This document shows positions 55,494-64,000 of a stretch of 64,000 nt of DNA, in pieces. The translations under genes and the position numbers were made by a program. The notes under the pieces were generated by a model. The model was not told the origin of the DNA and did no database searches. It saw nothing but the letters and a program-made list of their open reading frames with translations. The stretch comes from an uncultured Gammaproteobacteria bacterium (GTDB lineage: Bacteria; Patescibacteriota; Patescibacteriia; Magasanikbacterales; GWA2-37-8), in the NCBI GenBank assembly GCA_964535515.1, contig CAZHTA010000005.1:13-64012 (forward strand). Reading direction: 5' to 3'. The first letter of the stretch is position 1; every line of letters starts with the position of its first letter.

Positions 55494-56810
55494 TTATACA
55501 AACAACAACCAGACTGAACTCGCAATTACAATTGAGACAGCGGCTACTAAAAATTTTAAAGCAAATTTTCGGTCACCTTGTAGGTAAGAGTAAGTGGTTT
55601 TACTTAACAAGTTGGTGGCATTAACCAACAAGAAAGTAATTAAAGCAAATTTGAAAGTAATTGTTTGTCCAGCCATTTCTGCTAAGTTCACTAGGATTGC
55701 GTCGATACCAGCAAAAGAAGCAATAATTGAACTGATAATAAAACCAGATTGACCAAATAGAATTAAGCAGATTTTTGTTACAATTTTTACGATAATCAAG
55801 ATGCCGGCAAATTTTAGCGCTGGCATTAAAGAAAATATTTTACCAGCAGTTAATTCTACCTCTTTTTCTTGTTTGTTAGGTTCTTTCTTTCTTAAGAAAA
55901 TTATGGAAATTAAACCAGCAGTGAGAATCATGATAATAATGCTGGGTGCGATAGAGACAAGCCATCGTGGGTTAAGAGGTCCAACTAATAAAAATATTTG
56001 TAAGAAGCTTGCGAGATTAGCTAAAACTGCTGCTCCAACCAAATGATTAATGAAATTGGTTTTTTTACTCTTTTGCGCCAGAGATTGTGTGGCGGAAGTA
56101 GAAGAAACAAAACCAGCGATGAAACTGGTTAACGCAAAGCCTTTTTTGCTACCGACGAACTTACTCAAGAGATATCCGAATACATCAATACCTGTGATCA
56201 ACACCACAACTAACCAGATTTTTCGTGGGTTTATTAAATCAAGAGTATTAAATTTACCTAAATCAACATTAAAACCTTGTAAAATTGATGATAAGACTGG
56301 AATATCTTTTAATTTGTAGGCAATGTCTGGTAAAAATGGTAATACCACTAATGCGATAATAGCATAGCTAATAAAGGCCTGGAGTTCTTGTCTAGAAACA
56401 CCAGCTACGATTTGGCTGGTTTTAGATTTTAAAGACAGAATAAACATTAATATGACAAAGATAGCAATAATTATTTGGATTGGGATGATGTCTAATACTA
56501 ATAACAAACCAATTAAGAAGGTTATGATAACCGATAGCTCGCTAGTGATCCCAAAGTCGTGGGTGGTAGAAGAACCGACAATGTAGTAAGAAATTAGTAA
56601 GATTAAAAATCCAGCGGCCATTAAAAGCGCTAATGAAGAAAAATCATTAGTAAAAAATATGCCAACTAAAGCACCAATTAAAGCAATTAAAGAATAGGTG
56701 CGCATGCCGCCGATTCCACCGTTGCCTTGGTTGCTACCTTCGCGTTCTAAGCCAATTGTTGCACCAAAGACAATTGCTAATATTAATTTTATAAATAGTC
56801 CGGTAAACAT
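55494..56810 (-). CDS. MgtC/SapB-family N-terminal domain plus DUF4010-like polytopic membrane protein
   Basis: N-terminus IVFGATIGLEREGSNQGNGGIGGMRTYSLIALIGAL matches MgtC family signature; about 12 TM; 438 aa. Confidence 0.6.
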   Translation of the reverse strand: MFTGLFIKLILAIVFGATIGLEREGSNQGNGGIGGMRTYSLIALIGALVGIFFTNDFSSLALLMAAGFLILLISYYIVGSSTTHDFGITSELSVIITFLIGLLLVLDIIPIQIIIAIFVILMFILSLKSKTSQIVAGVSRQELQAFISYAIIALVVLPFLPDIAYKLKDIPVLSSILQGFNVDLGKFNTLDLINPRKIWLVVVLITGIDVFGYLLSKFVGSKKGFALTSFIAGFVSSTSATQSLAQKSKKTNFINHLVGAAVLANLASFLQIFLLVGPLNPRWLVSIAPSIIIMILTAGLISIIFLRKKEPNKQEKEVELTAGKIFSLMPALKFAGILIIVKIVTKICLILFGQSGFIISSIIASFAGIDAILVNLAEMAGQTITFKFALITFLLVNATNLLSKTTYSYLQGDRKFALKFLVAAVSIVIASSVWLLFV

Positions 56811-56830
56811 AAATTAAACAATATTAGTTA

Positions 56831-57634
56831 TTATGAATTTTTAGGATAGGGGATCGGGAACAATCCTTTTGCTTTGAAAGCATTAGTTTTTTCTCCGTTA
56901 ATCGTTAATTTGGCGTAAAAATTAAATTTTTCTACATTTACTAAATCTTCGGGGTTAAACCCGAATCCGCTTCCTACTTGTTTGGCGGTGCGACCGTCGG
57001 CAGTAAAACAAATGACATGATCAACTACATCAAAGAGTTGTTGTAAATCATCATCAGAATAGTGACTGATTGATTGGTCAGAAAAATGACATTTGATTCC
57101 GTATTCTTTGTTTGCAGCGATATCGTATTCTTTGTTTACGAAATTATGGAATTCATCGATAAAAAGAGATGTGTTGTTCAAATCACTTTTTAATTTATAA
57201 TATTCATTTAATATGTACGTTCCGATTTCACGAGCAACATGGCTGCCGATTATCTGATAGCTTATTTTGCATAATATGAATTTACCATTTTTAATTTCCG
57301 TTAAGTCAATTTCTTGCTTAAATTTGTTTATATTAAATTCGGCATCTCCTTTGTCTGCTTCAAATATGATTACGTTGTCTTTGTTTGCATATTGCAATAC
57401 GTCGTTGATAAGGTCCCCGTATGGATCGATAAAGAGTCCACCTCTCGAATTTACTAAGTCTGAGATTAATAAAGTTTCTAACAAAACACTTTTACCGGTG
57501 CCACTTCTTCCTAATACAAGCATGTTTCCTTTTCTGTCTTCTTGGCTTAATCCAAAAGTGCTCCCATCATCAGTTACTCCGATTGCTAGGGCGTCATCTG
57601 TTAAAACATCAGTAATTATTTTTGGCTCTGCCAT
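56831..57634 (-). CDS. P-loop NTPase of HerA/VirB4/TraG-like (DUF87/AAA_10) type
   Basis: Walker A GRSGTGKS, Walker B LFIDEFH; 267 aa; family assignment uncertain. Confidence 0.45.
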   Translation of the reverse strand: MAEPKIITDVLTDDALAIGVTDDGSTFGLSQEDRKGNMLVLGRSGTGKSVLLETLLISDLVNSRGGLFIDPYGDLINDVLQYANKDNVIIFEADKGDAEFNINKFKQEIDLTEIKNGKFILCKISYQIIGSHVAREIGTYILNEYYKLKSDLNNTSLFIDEFHNFVNKEYDIAANKEYGIKCHFSDQSISHYSDDDLQQLFDVVDHVICFTADGRTAKQVGSGFGFNPEDLVNVEKFNFYAKLTINGEKTNAFKAKGLFPIPYPKNS

Positions 57635-57637
57635 ATT

Positions 57638-57913
57638 TTATATATTAGTTAAATTAATTAGTTTTAGTTTGTTTTCTCTTGTTAGTTTTTTCATTTGACT
57701 TTCTGCCTTAGAAACAGAAGAGCGGTTACGGAATTTTTTTGAATATACAAGTTTTACTGGTCGACGCGCTCGGGTATATTTTGCCCCGAGCTGGGAGGTG
57801 TTGTGTTCTTTAACTCTTCGATCCAGATTAACAGTAATGCCAGTGTATAATGTTTTATCGGCACATTCAAGAATGTATAGGTGATACATATTATTCAATC
57901 GTTCGTCTGCCAA
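57638..57913 (-). CDS. GIY-YIG nuclease family protein (UPF0213-like)
   Basis: YHLYILECADKTLYTGIT...RRVKEHN GIY-YIG motif; 91 aa. Confidence 0.8.
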   Translation of the reverse strand: MADERLNNMYHLYILECADKTLYTGITVNLDRRVKEHNTSQLGAKYTRARRPVKLVYSKKFRNRSSVSKAESQMKKLTRENKLKLINLTNI

Positions 57914-58307
57914 CTTTTATTTGTGATCGTATTTTTTTGGATTCGATCCTTCTTAGTTTAGAAGCTTTGGTCGGCCGGGTAGGTTGACGTTTTTTTGGTA
58001 TATGTAAAGCTTTGGTTACTAATGTTTGAAGTCGGGAAGTCGCTAAAATACGGTTTTGCGGCTGTGAACGTTCTTCCTCTGAGGTAATTACTATTTCACC
58101 ATAATTACTGATCCTATTGGCCAATTTTGACCGTACACGAGCCTTTTCTTCTGGGGTTAAAATATGTGAATGATCCACTGACCAATGGACAGTTGCTTTG
58201 GTTGAAGTTTTGTTAACATTTTGTCCTCCCGCACCAGATGAGCGAGCAAAGCTCACCTTAATCTCATTCGCTGGTATGTGAATAGGGGAGGTGGTATTTT
58301 TTAACAT
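57891..58307 (-). CDS. arfB: alternative ribosome-rescue factor ArfB (peptidyl-tRNA hydrolase, RF-1 domain with GGQ)
   Basis: SSGAGGQNVNKTSTKA GGQ motif, basic C-terminal tail; 138 aa. Confidence 0.8.
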   Translation of the reverse strand: MLKNTTSPIHIPANEIKVSFARSSGAGGQNVNKTSTKATVHWSVDHSHILTPEEKARVRSKLANRISNYGEIVITSEEERSQPQNRILATSRLQTLVTKALHIPKKRQPTRPTKASKLRRIESKKIRSQIKVGRRTIE

Positions 58308-58423
58308 ATGTTAACTTTAGACTACTGAGATTAATTATATCATTTTTATAGGAAAATCATAGGATTTGTGAATTAGGTCGTGATATTGTACAATTCAGTA
58401 GGTATTTTAATTATATTAAATTT

Positions 58424-58876
58424 ATGCAAGAAGAACGTTTTAAATTAAGAGCGTCAGTACATATTCTTTTTCTTAAGGAGGACCAACTACTACTTTCTTT
58501 GAGAAAAAATATTAGCTCTGATGGTTTATATGGAGTGGTGGCCGGTCATTTGGATGGCGGAGAGTCAGTAACACAAACGATTATACGAGAAGCCAGAGAA
58601 GAAGCGGATGTAGAAATTGGTTTGGGTGATTTTGAAATAGCAACTGTTTGTCACAGTCTGATTTCACAGAGTAAAATAGAATACATCCAATTTTATGTTA
58701 TTTGCAGGAGCTGGCAGGGGGAGATAAAAAACAAGGAATTAGGCAAATGCGGTGAGTTGAAATTTTTCCCGATTAATTCATTGCCAGAAAACATGGTGCC
58801 GTATGTAAGAGATGGTATAGAAAAAACATTGGCGGGTGTTAAATATTATGAATATGGATGGAATGGGGAACAGTAA
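58424..58876 (+). CDS. NUDIX hydrolase
   Basis: Nudix box GHLDGGESVTQTIIREAREEADVEI; 150 aa. Confidence 0.8.
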   Translation: MQEERFKLRASVHILFLKEDQLLLSLRKNISSDGLYGVVAGHLDGGESVTQTIIREAREEADVEIGLGDFEIATVCHSLISQSKIEYIQFYVICRSWQGEIKNKELGKCGELKFFPINSLPENMVPYVRDGIEKTLAGVKYYEYGWNGEQ

Positions 58877-58887
58877 GGTGAAAAAAA

Positions 58888-59229
58888 TTAAGTATGCAAC
58901 AAACAAGCGCACGGTTTTTGTTTTAATATTTCTTTTTGTTCTTTAATTGTGTTAATAAAAACACTTTGGCTTTTTAAGCCGGTAGCCAATTTTTTATCGA
59001 GCGGGGTATGGTGAGAATAACCGCGGTTAGCGAATTCTCTTATTAGTGCTTCATGTCGTAGGTAAAGAGCGTGTTGTTTGCCTACCCAACGTAAGGTCTC
59101 TGGATGGTGCGAATAACCACCTTTACCTTTATGTTTGGTTAAAATATTCCAAAGGCCATGAAGTTCTCGGTGTTCGGCGAGTAAATGTTTGTGGCATAAA
59201 TGCTTTGGATGTATGTCCCAGACACGCAT
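58888..59229 (-). CDS. hypothetical protein, possibly pyrimidine-dimer DNA glycosylase (Pyr_excise-like) family
   Basis: N-terminus MRVWDIHPKHLCHKHLLAEHRELHG resembles bacterial denV-like family members; recalled from memory, low certainty. Confidence 0.4.
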   Translation of the reverse strand: MRVWDIHPKHLCHKHLLAEHRELHGLWNILTKHKGKGGYSHHPETLRWVGKQHALYLRHEALIREFANRGYSHHTPLDKKLATGLKSQSVFINTIKEQKEILKQKPCACLLHT

Positions 59230-59230
59230 A

Positions 59231-59884
59231 TTATTTTATTTTGGGTTGGTTAAAAATGTTTTTCTTGCCCTTGCCGATAATTTTTGTATTATTGCCATTA
59301 ATTAATATTGCCTGTTCGTCAGTTAAGGATATGATTTTATATTTTGTATTTTTAGCTTCTTCTTTAACAATCGGATATGACTTTTTGTCGAGATGGGCTG
59401 TTACTAAAAATGGGACGAAATTAAAACTTTTCAAATTTTTAAGTCCGATTAAGTTTTCATCCACATTTTTCCAAGTCGCAGCTTCGATTGTCGGCGCCGC
59501 GATATAGCTGCCGGCGCTTAATCCGACATAGACGCCGTCTTTCTTTACAAAATCTTTTATTATTTTATAAAGACCAGTTTCTTTAATTCTGGATAAATAC
59601 TCAAAAGTATTTCCTCCAAAAACAAAAATTACGTCAGTATCCGTTAGTTCTTTTTTGTTTACCTTCCTATCTAGTTGGAAAAAGGTAATATTTTTTTCTG
59701 GTATTTTGATTCCATTAAATTGGATGAGCTGTTTTAAAATGTATTTATTTCTTTTAAGATATTTGATCGGGGTGATAACTAAAAAAATTTTAATTTCAGC
59801 GGGTTTTTTATTAACTAGTTTTAATAATTCCTTGCCGATAGCAGGATTTTCCCCCCAACCAGCGGATGTAAGAAGTAGTTTCAT
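59231..59884 (-). CDS. peptidase S51 (dipeptidase E-like) family protein
   Basis: IFVFGGNTFEYL and GLSAGS catalytic Ser region typical of S51; 217 aa. Confidence 0.65.
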   Translation of the reverse strand: MKLLLTSAGWGENPAIGKELLKLVNKKPAEIKIFLVITPIKYLKRNKYILKQLIQFNGIKIPEKNITFFQLDRKVNKKELTDTDVIFVFGGNTFEYLSRIKETGLYKIIKDFVKKDGVYVGLSAGSYIAAPTIEAATWKNVDENLIGLKNLKSFNFVPFLVTAHLDKKSYPIVKEEAKNTKYKIISLTDEQAILINGNNTKIIGKGKKNIFNQPKIK

Positions 59885-59901
59885 ATAAATTGTCAGTTTA
59901 A

Positions 59902-61104
59902 TTAAGTGGTTATAGACTTGTTTCTCAAAAACATTATTAAACTAATCGCCCCTAAAACAAAAATAATTATTCCCGAAAGGCTTAGTGCTTGACTTAAGCT
60001 ATATATATCAACAAACCATCCTATAAATGGTGTGATTATTGCGAAAAATGTTTTTTCTATTAAACTTTTGACTGATAATATTGTGGCTCTAATACTCGAA
60101 TCAGTTAGTTGGTGTACGTAATCAGAAATAATTACTTCGGAAAACCCTCTTACAAATTGAAGTAAAAAAGCAAAACTAAAGCTAAAAAGATATATAAAAT
60201 TACTCATCAACAAAAAGCTTGAACCGGTAAGTACGAGCAACAAAACAAGAGAATGTTTTTGGCCCATTTTTTCCTCAAGTATATGAGAATATTTTGAACT
60301 TATTGCTGCGACCAAATTAAACCCAGCAAAAACCACCCCGAAGTAAATTACATCTAATCCTGATAATTTAAAATATGGTTGATATAGAAAATATGCAATA
60401 TTTATGAATCCGATTGTAATGGCCGAATAAGCTAGTAGCCATCTCATTTTTTTATTTTTTAATACTGATAATTTTATTATTTTAAATAAGTCAAAAAGAT
60501 AATTTTTTGTTAAAATTGTTTTATATCTTTGTGGTTCTGTAAGGGATAAGGAAAGGGGAATGAGTAGTAGCATAAAAGGTATCATCGCATAGAACGGATA
60601 TCTATAATCAAACTTACCGAGTAGTCCGCCAATAATACTTGCGAAAGCTGTTCCGATAGAATAGTAAAAAACAATATTTCCCCATATTTTTTTATACTGC
60701 CCTTCTTTTCTAAGATCTTTTAATGTGTCATAAACAAAAGCTGAGTCTGCGCCAGAAATAAAGACACCTGCCAATGCCCATAAAGTAACTGCGAGTAAGA
60801 AATGATAAAAATTTGTTGATATTGCAAAAATAAACATTGCTAGCGCTGAAAAAACACCTGTAATCGTAAGGGCAATTTTTCTTCCAAAAATATCAGCAAA
60901 GTATCCTGTAGGTATTTCTAAAACTACAAACAATATTGAAGATAAAGATTGTAGTATCATTATCTGTGTTAGTGATAGCCCGTTATTTTGATAGAACAGA
61001 ACAATAATTGGTGTAAAGAACATTAGGCTATACAAAACAACATACAAGTATATTTTCCAAATGTTGCTTTCTAATTTCATTAAATTGAGATTATGATTTT
61101 CCAT
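59902..61104 (-). CDS. MFS transporter
   Basis: 12 predicted TM, GRK-like motif between TM2-3; 400 aa. Confidence 0.8.
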   Translation of the reverse strand: MENHNLNLMKLESNIWKIYLYVVLYSLMFFTPIIVLFYQNNGLSLTQIMILQSLSSILFVVLEIPTGYFADIFGRKIALTITGVFSALAMFIFAISTNFYHFLLAVTLWALAGVFISGADSAFVYDTLKDLRKEGQYKKIWGNIVFYYSIGTAFASIIGGLLGKFDYRYPFYAMIPFMLLLIPLSLSLTEPQRYKTILTKNYLFDLFKIIKLSVLKNKKMRWLLAYSAITIGFINIAYFLYQPYFKLSGLDVIYFGVVFAGFNLVAAISSKYSHILEEKMGQKHSLVLLLVLTGSSFLLMSNFIYLFSFSFAFLLQFVRGFSEVIISDYVHQLTDSSIRATILSVKSLIEKTFFAIITPFIGWFVDIYSLSQALSLSGIIIFVLGAISLIMFLRNKSITT

Positions 61105-61130
61105 ATATTACGGTATCGTGCCATATTGTA

Positions 61131-62105
61131 TTATCGCAATAACTGTAGTGTAATTTTTATCATTCGTTCTTTGTTCTTCGGTTCACTTTCTGCGACCAGT
61201 AGTGTCAAAGCGGTAAGTGCAGCGGGGGACATAGCAGCTAGATTAAATATTCCGGTTTTTTTCAAAAACCAAATAAAAGCATAAGCCCCGCTTCTTTTAT
61301 TGCCATCAATAAAAGGGTGGTTTTTAATCATAAAGTACAATAAGTGGGCGGCTTTTTCTTCGATGGTAGGGTACATGGGTTTTCCGCCGAAAGATTGCAT
61401 AACATTACCGACGATACCTTCTATATTATTTTTTTGTCTTTCTACTCCGAATAGTTCAGATGCTTCACCTCTTTTTGTTAACGCAACCTTAAAATCAACC
61501 AACGTTTTTATTAGGTGTTCTGTAGTAAGATTGACAGAACGCCTAGTGGTGCCAGTGGTTACCAATTTGTCTTTGTCGTAAGCATCAATGGAAAGCCAAG
61601 TTGCCGAAAAAGCATTAATTAATTCTAGTACGCTTTTTTGGTCAACAACACCATCTGGGGGTAGTAAAACTTTTAGATTTTCCACCACTTTCATGAATTC
61701 AGAATAATTATTTTTGATTTGTGAACGATTGACAGTGAACCCCTTGGTGATATGCTCGCGGAGGGTTTTTGTTGCCCATTGGCGAAATTTTGTACCGACG
61801 ATCGAGTTTATTCTATACCCAACAGCAATTAATATATCGAGATTATAAATATCAATTTCACGACGCACTCGTCTCCCTGACTCATTTTGAACTAGTTCCA
61901 TTTTGGAACTAGTTGAGGATTTTTGTAGTTCTTCCTCCTTATATATATTTTGAATGTGTTTTGTAATTGCTTGTGGGTTTACCCCAAACATTTTGGCCAT
62001 TTGCATCCGGTTTGCCCATAGAGTTTCTTTCTTAAAATCGCCCTTCAATTCAATCGCTCCAGTTTTTGTTTGGTATAGAACTGTTTGATTTTTTATTTTT
62101 TTCAT
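61131..62105 (-). CDS. Fic/DOC family protein with N-terminal RhuM-like domain
   Basis: Fic motif HPFIDGNKRSG; N-terminal MKKIKNQTVLYQT...AKMFGVNPQAITKHIQNI resembles RhuM family; 324 aa. Confidence 0.8.
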   Translation of the reverse strand: MKKIKNQTVLYQTKTGAIELKGDFKKETLWANRMQMAKMFGVNPQAITKHIQNIYKEEELQKSSTSSKMELVQNESGRRVRREIDIYNLDILIAVGYRINSIVGTKFRQWATKTLREHITKGFTVNRSQIKNNYSEFMKVVENLKVLLPPDGVVDQKSVLELINAFSATWLSIDAYDKDKLVTTGTTRRSVNLTTEHLIKTLVDFKVALTKRGEASELFGVERQKNNIEGIVGNVMQSFGGKPMYPTIEEKAAHLLYFMIKNHPFIDGNKRSGAYAFIWFLKKTGIFNLAAMSPAALTALTLLVAESEPKNKERMIKITLQLLR

Positions 62106-62142
62106 AGTTTTATTGTAAATTTTAATGCATGATTATTATACA

Positions 62143-62170
62143 AAAAATCGCCAGGTTTGGCGATTTTGTG
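62143..62170 (-). terminator. Rho-independent terminator for gene 62252-62956
   Basis: Minus strand aaatcgccaaacctggcgatttttt. Confidence 0.65.
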
Positions 62171-62251
62171 ATATATGCTCCCCGGGTCGGTTGCGAAATA
62201 TAAATAACTGTATGTGTTAGGGCTTTTTCGGAGGTCTTATTGAGGGGTTTG

Positions 62252-62956
62252 TTACGGGAGCGGGTCGGTATGAGTTTGGCCAGGTTTACTAATCATCATT
62301 ACTATTTTGTGAGAATCTGGAATTGGAATTAACTGGTCAGGGGCCAATTCAAATTTACATTTTAACACACCATACTTAAGAATTTTCTCGGCTTTATTAA
62401 AGTATTGATTAAAGTCAATATTTATCATTGAAGCAAATTCTCTTTCTGGTGTATCGAAATATAGAACAGGCATAGGTGTGTCTTTGTAATCTTTTATTTG
62501 ACTTTTTATCTCTGTCTTTGGCGGAACAAAAAGATCAATTTCTAATTCTTTTTCAATTTTTTGAATCTGAATTATATAAAATACATTACCACTTTCCAAA
62601 TTTACCACTTTAGTAATCCAATAACCTCTATCCAAAAAAACAGATGTTCCTTTGCTATTAACTAAAATTTGTACTTCTTTATTTATACCAACATCAATTC
62701 GTAAACCCACGTTGTAAAGGGATTGTTTTTTTGTATTAATAACATTTAGTGTATGTTTTTCTTTGTAATTAGTATTATTGATAATTTTGCTTTGGCTAAT
62801 TTGTATTGGATTAAATTTATCAGTAAAATATTCATATACAGATGGAAATTGTAGTATACCAATAATGGTAGCTAAAAAACCTAGAATAGCAAGTAAGGTA
62901 AACATAATTTTTTTTAATGATTTTATAAATTTTACTTTTATCTTTTCGACTCTCAT
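62252..62956 (-). CDS. hypothetical protein with N-terminal TM anchor
   Basis: 234 aa, single N-terminal hydrophobic helix. Confidence 0.45.
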   Translation of the reverse strand: MRVEKIKVKFIKSLKKIMFTLLAILGFLATIIGILQFPSVYEYFTDKFNPIQISQSKIINNTNYKEKHTLNVINTKKQSLYNVGLRIDVGINKEVQILVNSKGTSVFLDRGYWITKVVNLESGNVFYIIQIQKIEKELEIDLFVPPKTEIKSQIKDYKDTPMPVLYFDTPEREFASMINIDFNQYFNKAEKILKYGVLKCKFELAPDQLIPIPDSHKIVMMISKPGQTHTDPLP

Positions 62957-62971
62957 TTTTTATTTAAGATA

Positions 62972-62998
62972 AAACAAACGAGAGCGACTCGTTTGTGT
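62972..62998 (-). terminator. terminator hairpin downstream of PG-binding protein gene
   Basis: caaacgag-agcgac-tcgtttg palindrome flanked by T/A runs. Confidence 0.55.
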
Positions 62999-63076
62999 TT
63001 TAGGCAAGCAGAACCCAAACGGGTCGCTTTTACGTATTTACTTGGCTCGGGGTTGCGGACGATGTTCGAACTGAGG

Positions 63077-63934
63077 TTACTTTGAATTGATTATTTTTCT
63101 AGTAATCGGTCCAAAGTATCCAATCACTGGTTTAATATTATTAGCTTTCTGAAATTTAATTAATGCTGATCTAGTCGCCGAACCGAATTTATTTGTTTCA
63201 AATCCAACAGAACCAGGTTGACCAGATTTAGCGAGTATATACCCATTAGCGTTAAGCCATTTCTGAAGCTCTTTAACATCAACACCAATTACACCAGTGC
63301 TAAGATTATGATTAAAAATAAATTTTGTTGTTGATGTGTTTATTGTTGATATTATATTTTTTTTCTTAATCTCTTCTACATCAAACAATGATCTGATTGT
63401 AAGCTCGGCTCTGTTTGTCCAAATATTGACAAATTTAACTTCAATATCCTTGACTTTATCCCCATCCAAATCCACTTGACCTATCTCTCCAAGTTTTAGT
63501 TTAACTATTTGGGGTGTAGACTGAATAGTTAGTTGTATAATATTTAATGCAAGATCTAAATCACTAATAACAAGTTGATGATTTTGAAGTATCTTGTTGC
63601 CACTAACAATAATACTAAAATTAGCTTTAGAATTAATATAAGATAAATAATTAATGCCATCAAGACCAATACTACCGATATCACCAGTTTTACCCATGGA
63701 TCCATATTTGTCTGTAGTTCCAACCCCTACACCAGCTGGTGTTGATACTACGCCACCACCACAACTCGACGTTGACTTTATAATTGTTGCAACATCAGTC
63801 TCTACACCATCACCATTTCTATATTTTACAGAATAATTATATATATTTCCACATGATAAGTTTGAATCTGTCCAATTATTTGTTTGAATCCACCCTGAAT
63901 TAGCATTAGAACTTGAAAAATAATAACCAGACAA
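63077..63934 (-). CDS. secreted protein with C-terminal peptidoglycan-binding (PG_binding_1-like) domain
   Basis: C-terminal ELQKWLNANGY...GFETNKFGSATRSALIKFQKANNI; N-terminal Ser/Asn-rich; may extend upstream toward window end. Confidence 0.55.
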   Translation of the reverse strand: MSGYYFSSSNANSGWIQTNNWTDSNLSCGNIYNYSVKYRNGDGVETDVATIIKSTSSCGGGVVSTPAGVGVGTTDKYGSMGKTGDIGSIGLDGINYLSYINSKANFSIIVSGNKILQNHQLVISDLDLALNIIQLTIQSTPQIVKLKLGEIGQVDLDGDKVKDIEVKFVNIWTNRAELTIRSLFDVEEIKKKNIISTINTSTTKFIFNHNLSTGVIGVDVKELQKWLNANGYILAKSGQPGSVGFETNKFGSATRSALIKFQKANNIKPVIGYFGPITRKIINSK

Positions 63935-64000
63935 ACCACTATTACTGTTTAGAAAACTACCAACTGTTAAGGTGACGCTATTTAAAGTTGCGGAGGCAGA

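Overview
This 64 kb window looks like a segment of a low-GC (about 35-40% by eye), gene-dense, mostly plus-strand bacterial chromosome with the character of a Patescibacteria/CPR-like organism (inference). Supporting that: many small hypothetical proteins, PilT, a sigma-70 with a Lys-rich N-terminal extension, giant surface proteins, and no respiratory chain genes beyond a ferric-reductase/cytochrome b5 pair.

Recognisable housekeeping content:
- An rfb-like dTDP-sugar cluster (rfbB, a FdtA-like cupin, an HD-domain protein, rfbD).
- pilT and a CCA-adding enzyme.
- An AbrB/MazE-like regulator followed by an HlyD/MacB-like tripartite exporter.
- The dnaG-rpoD macromolecular-synthesis pair, murG, and a MiaB-family radical-SAM enzyme.
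- A Mur-family ligase, an FtsB-like protein, parvulin and cyclophilin PPIases.
- An AsnA-like class II aaRS core, ftsEX, an FkbM methyltransferase, a Kef-type antiporter, greA, cspA, and an ABC-F ATPase.
- ArfB, a GIY-YIG nuclease, a NUDIX hydrolase, an S51 peptidase, an MFS transporter, and a Fic/RhuM protein.

Seven tRNAs are called: Pro(CGG), Pro(GGG), Lys(UUU), Gly(CCC), Thr(CGU), Gln(UUG), and one atypical tRNA-like gene (GCU anticodon, short variable arm, no GG in the D-loop). Many Rho-independent terminators are visible.

The most striking non-ordinary signal is six compositionally foreign GC-rich (about 60-65% by eye) single-gene cassettes embedded in the AT-rich backbone, at roughly 2.9-3.8, 19.1-19.6, 23.5-24.35, 29.1-29.5, 41.6-43.0 and 45.25-45.6 kb:
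- Each has an AT-rich TTGACA-type promoter, a GC-rich 5' UTR, a canonical AGGAGG/GGAGG Shine-Dalgarno before ATG, a high-GC3 ORF, and a terminator hairpin.
- One is a clear peptidase T. One is a zinc-ribbon protein flanked by two homologous ~70-nt palindromic elements. One is 3'-truncated and reads through into backbone sequence. The other ORFs are unrecognisable.
- Two have exact G8 tracts at their edge.
- Recent horizontal acquisition of cassettes, chimeric assembly, and artificial insertion all remain possible, and I cannot tell these apart from sequence alone.

Other notable points:
- A GC-elevated ~450-nt intergenic region carries a tRNA-like gene, an acceptor/T-arm minihelix and further structure (candidate structured RNA).
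- A perfect 20-bp palindrome sits between the promoter and the AbrB-like gene.
- A strong promoter followed by three tandem terminators and an Asn-rich mini-ORF lies upstream of the AsnA-like gene.
- Cys-rich tandem modules occur in a 1041-aa surface protein, and there is a 1709-aa giant protein with internal repeats.

No CRISPR array, transposase or integrase was recognised.
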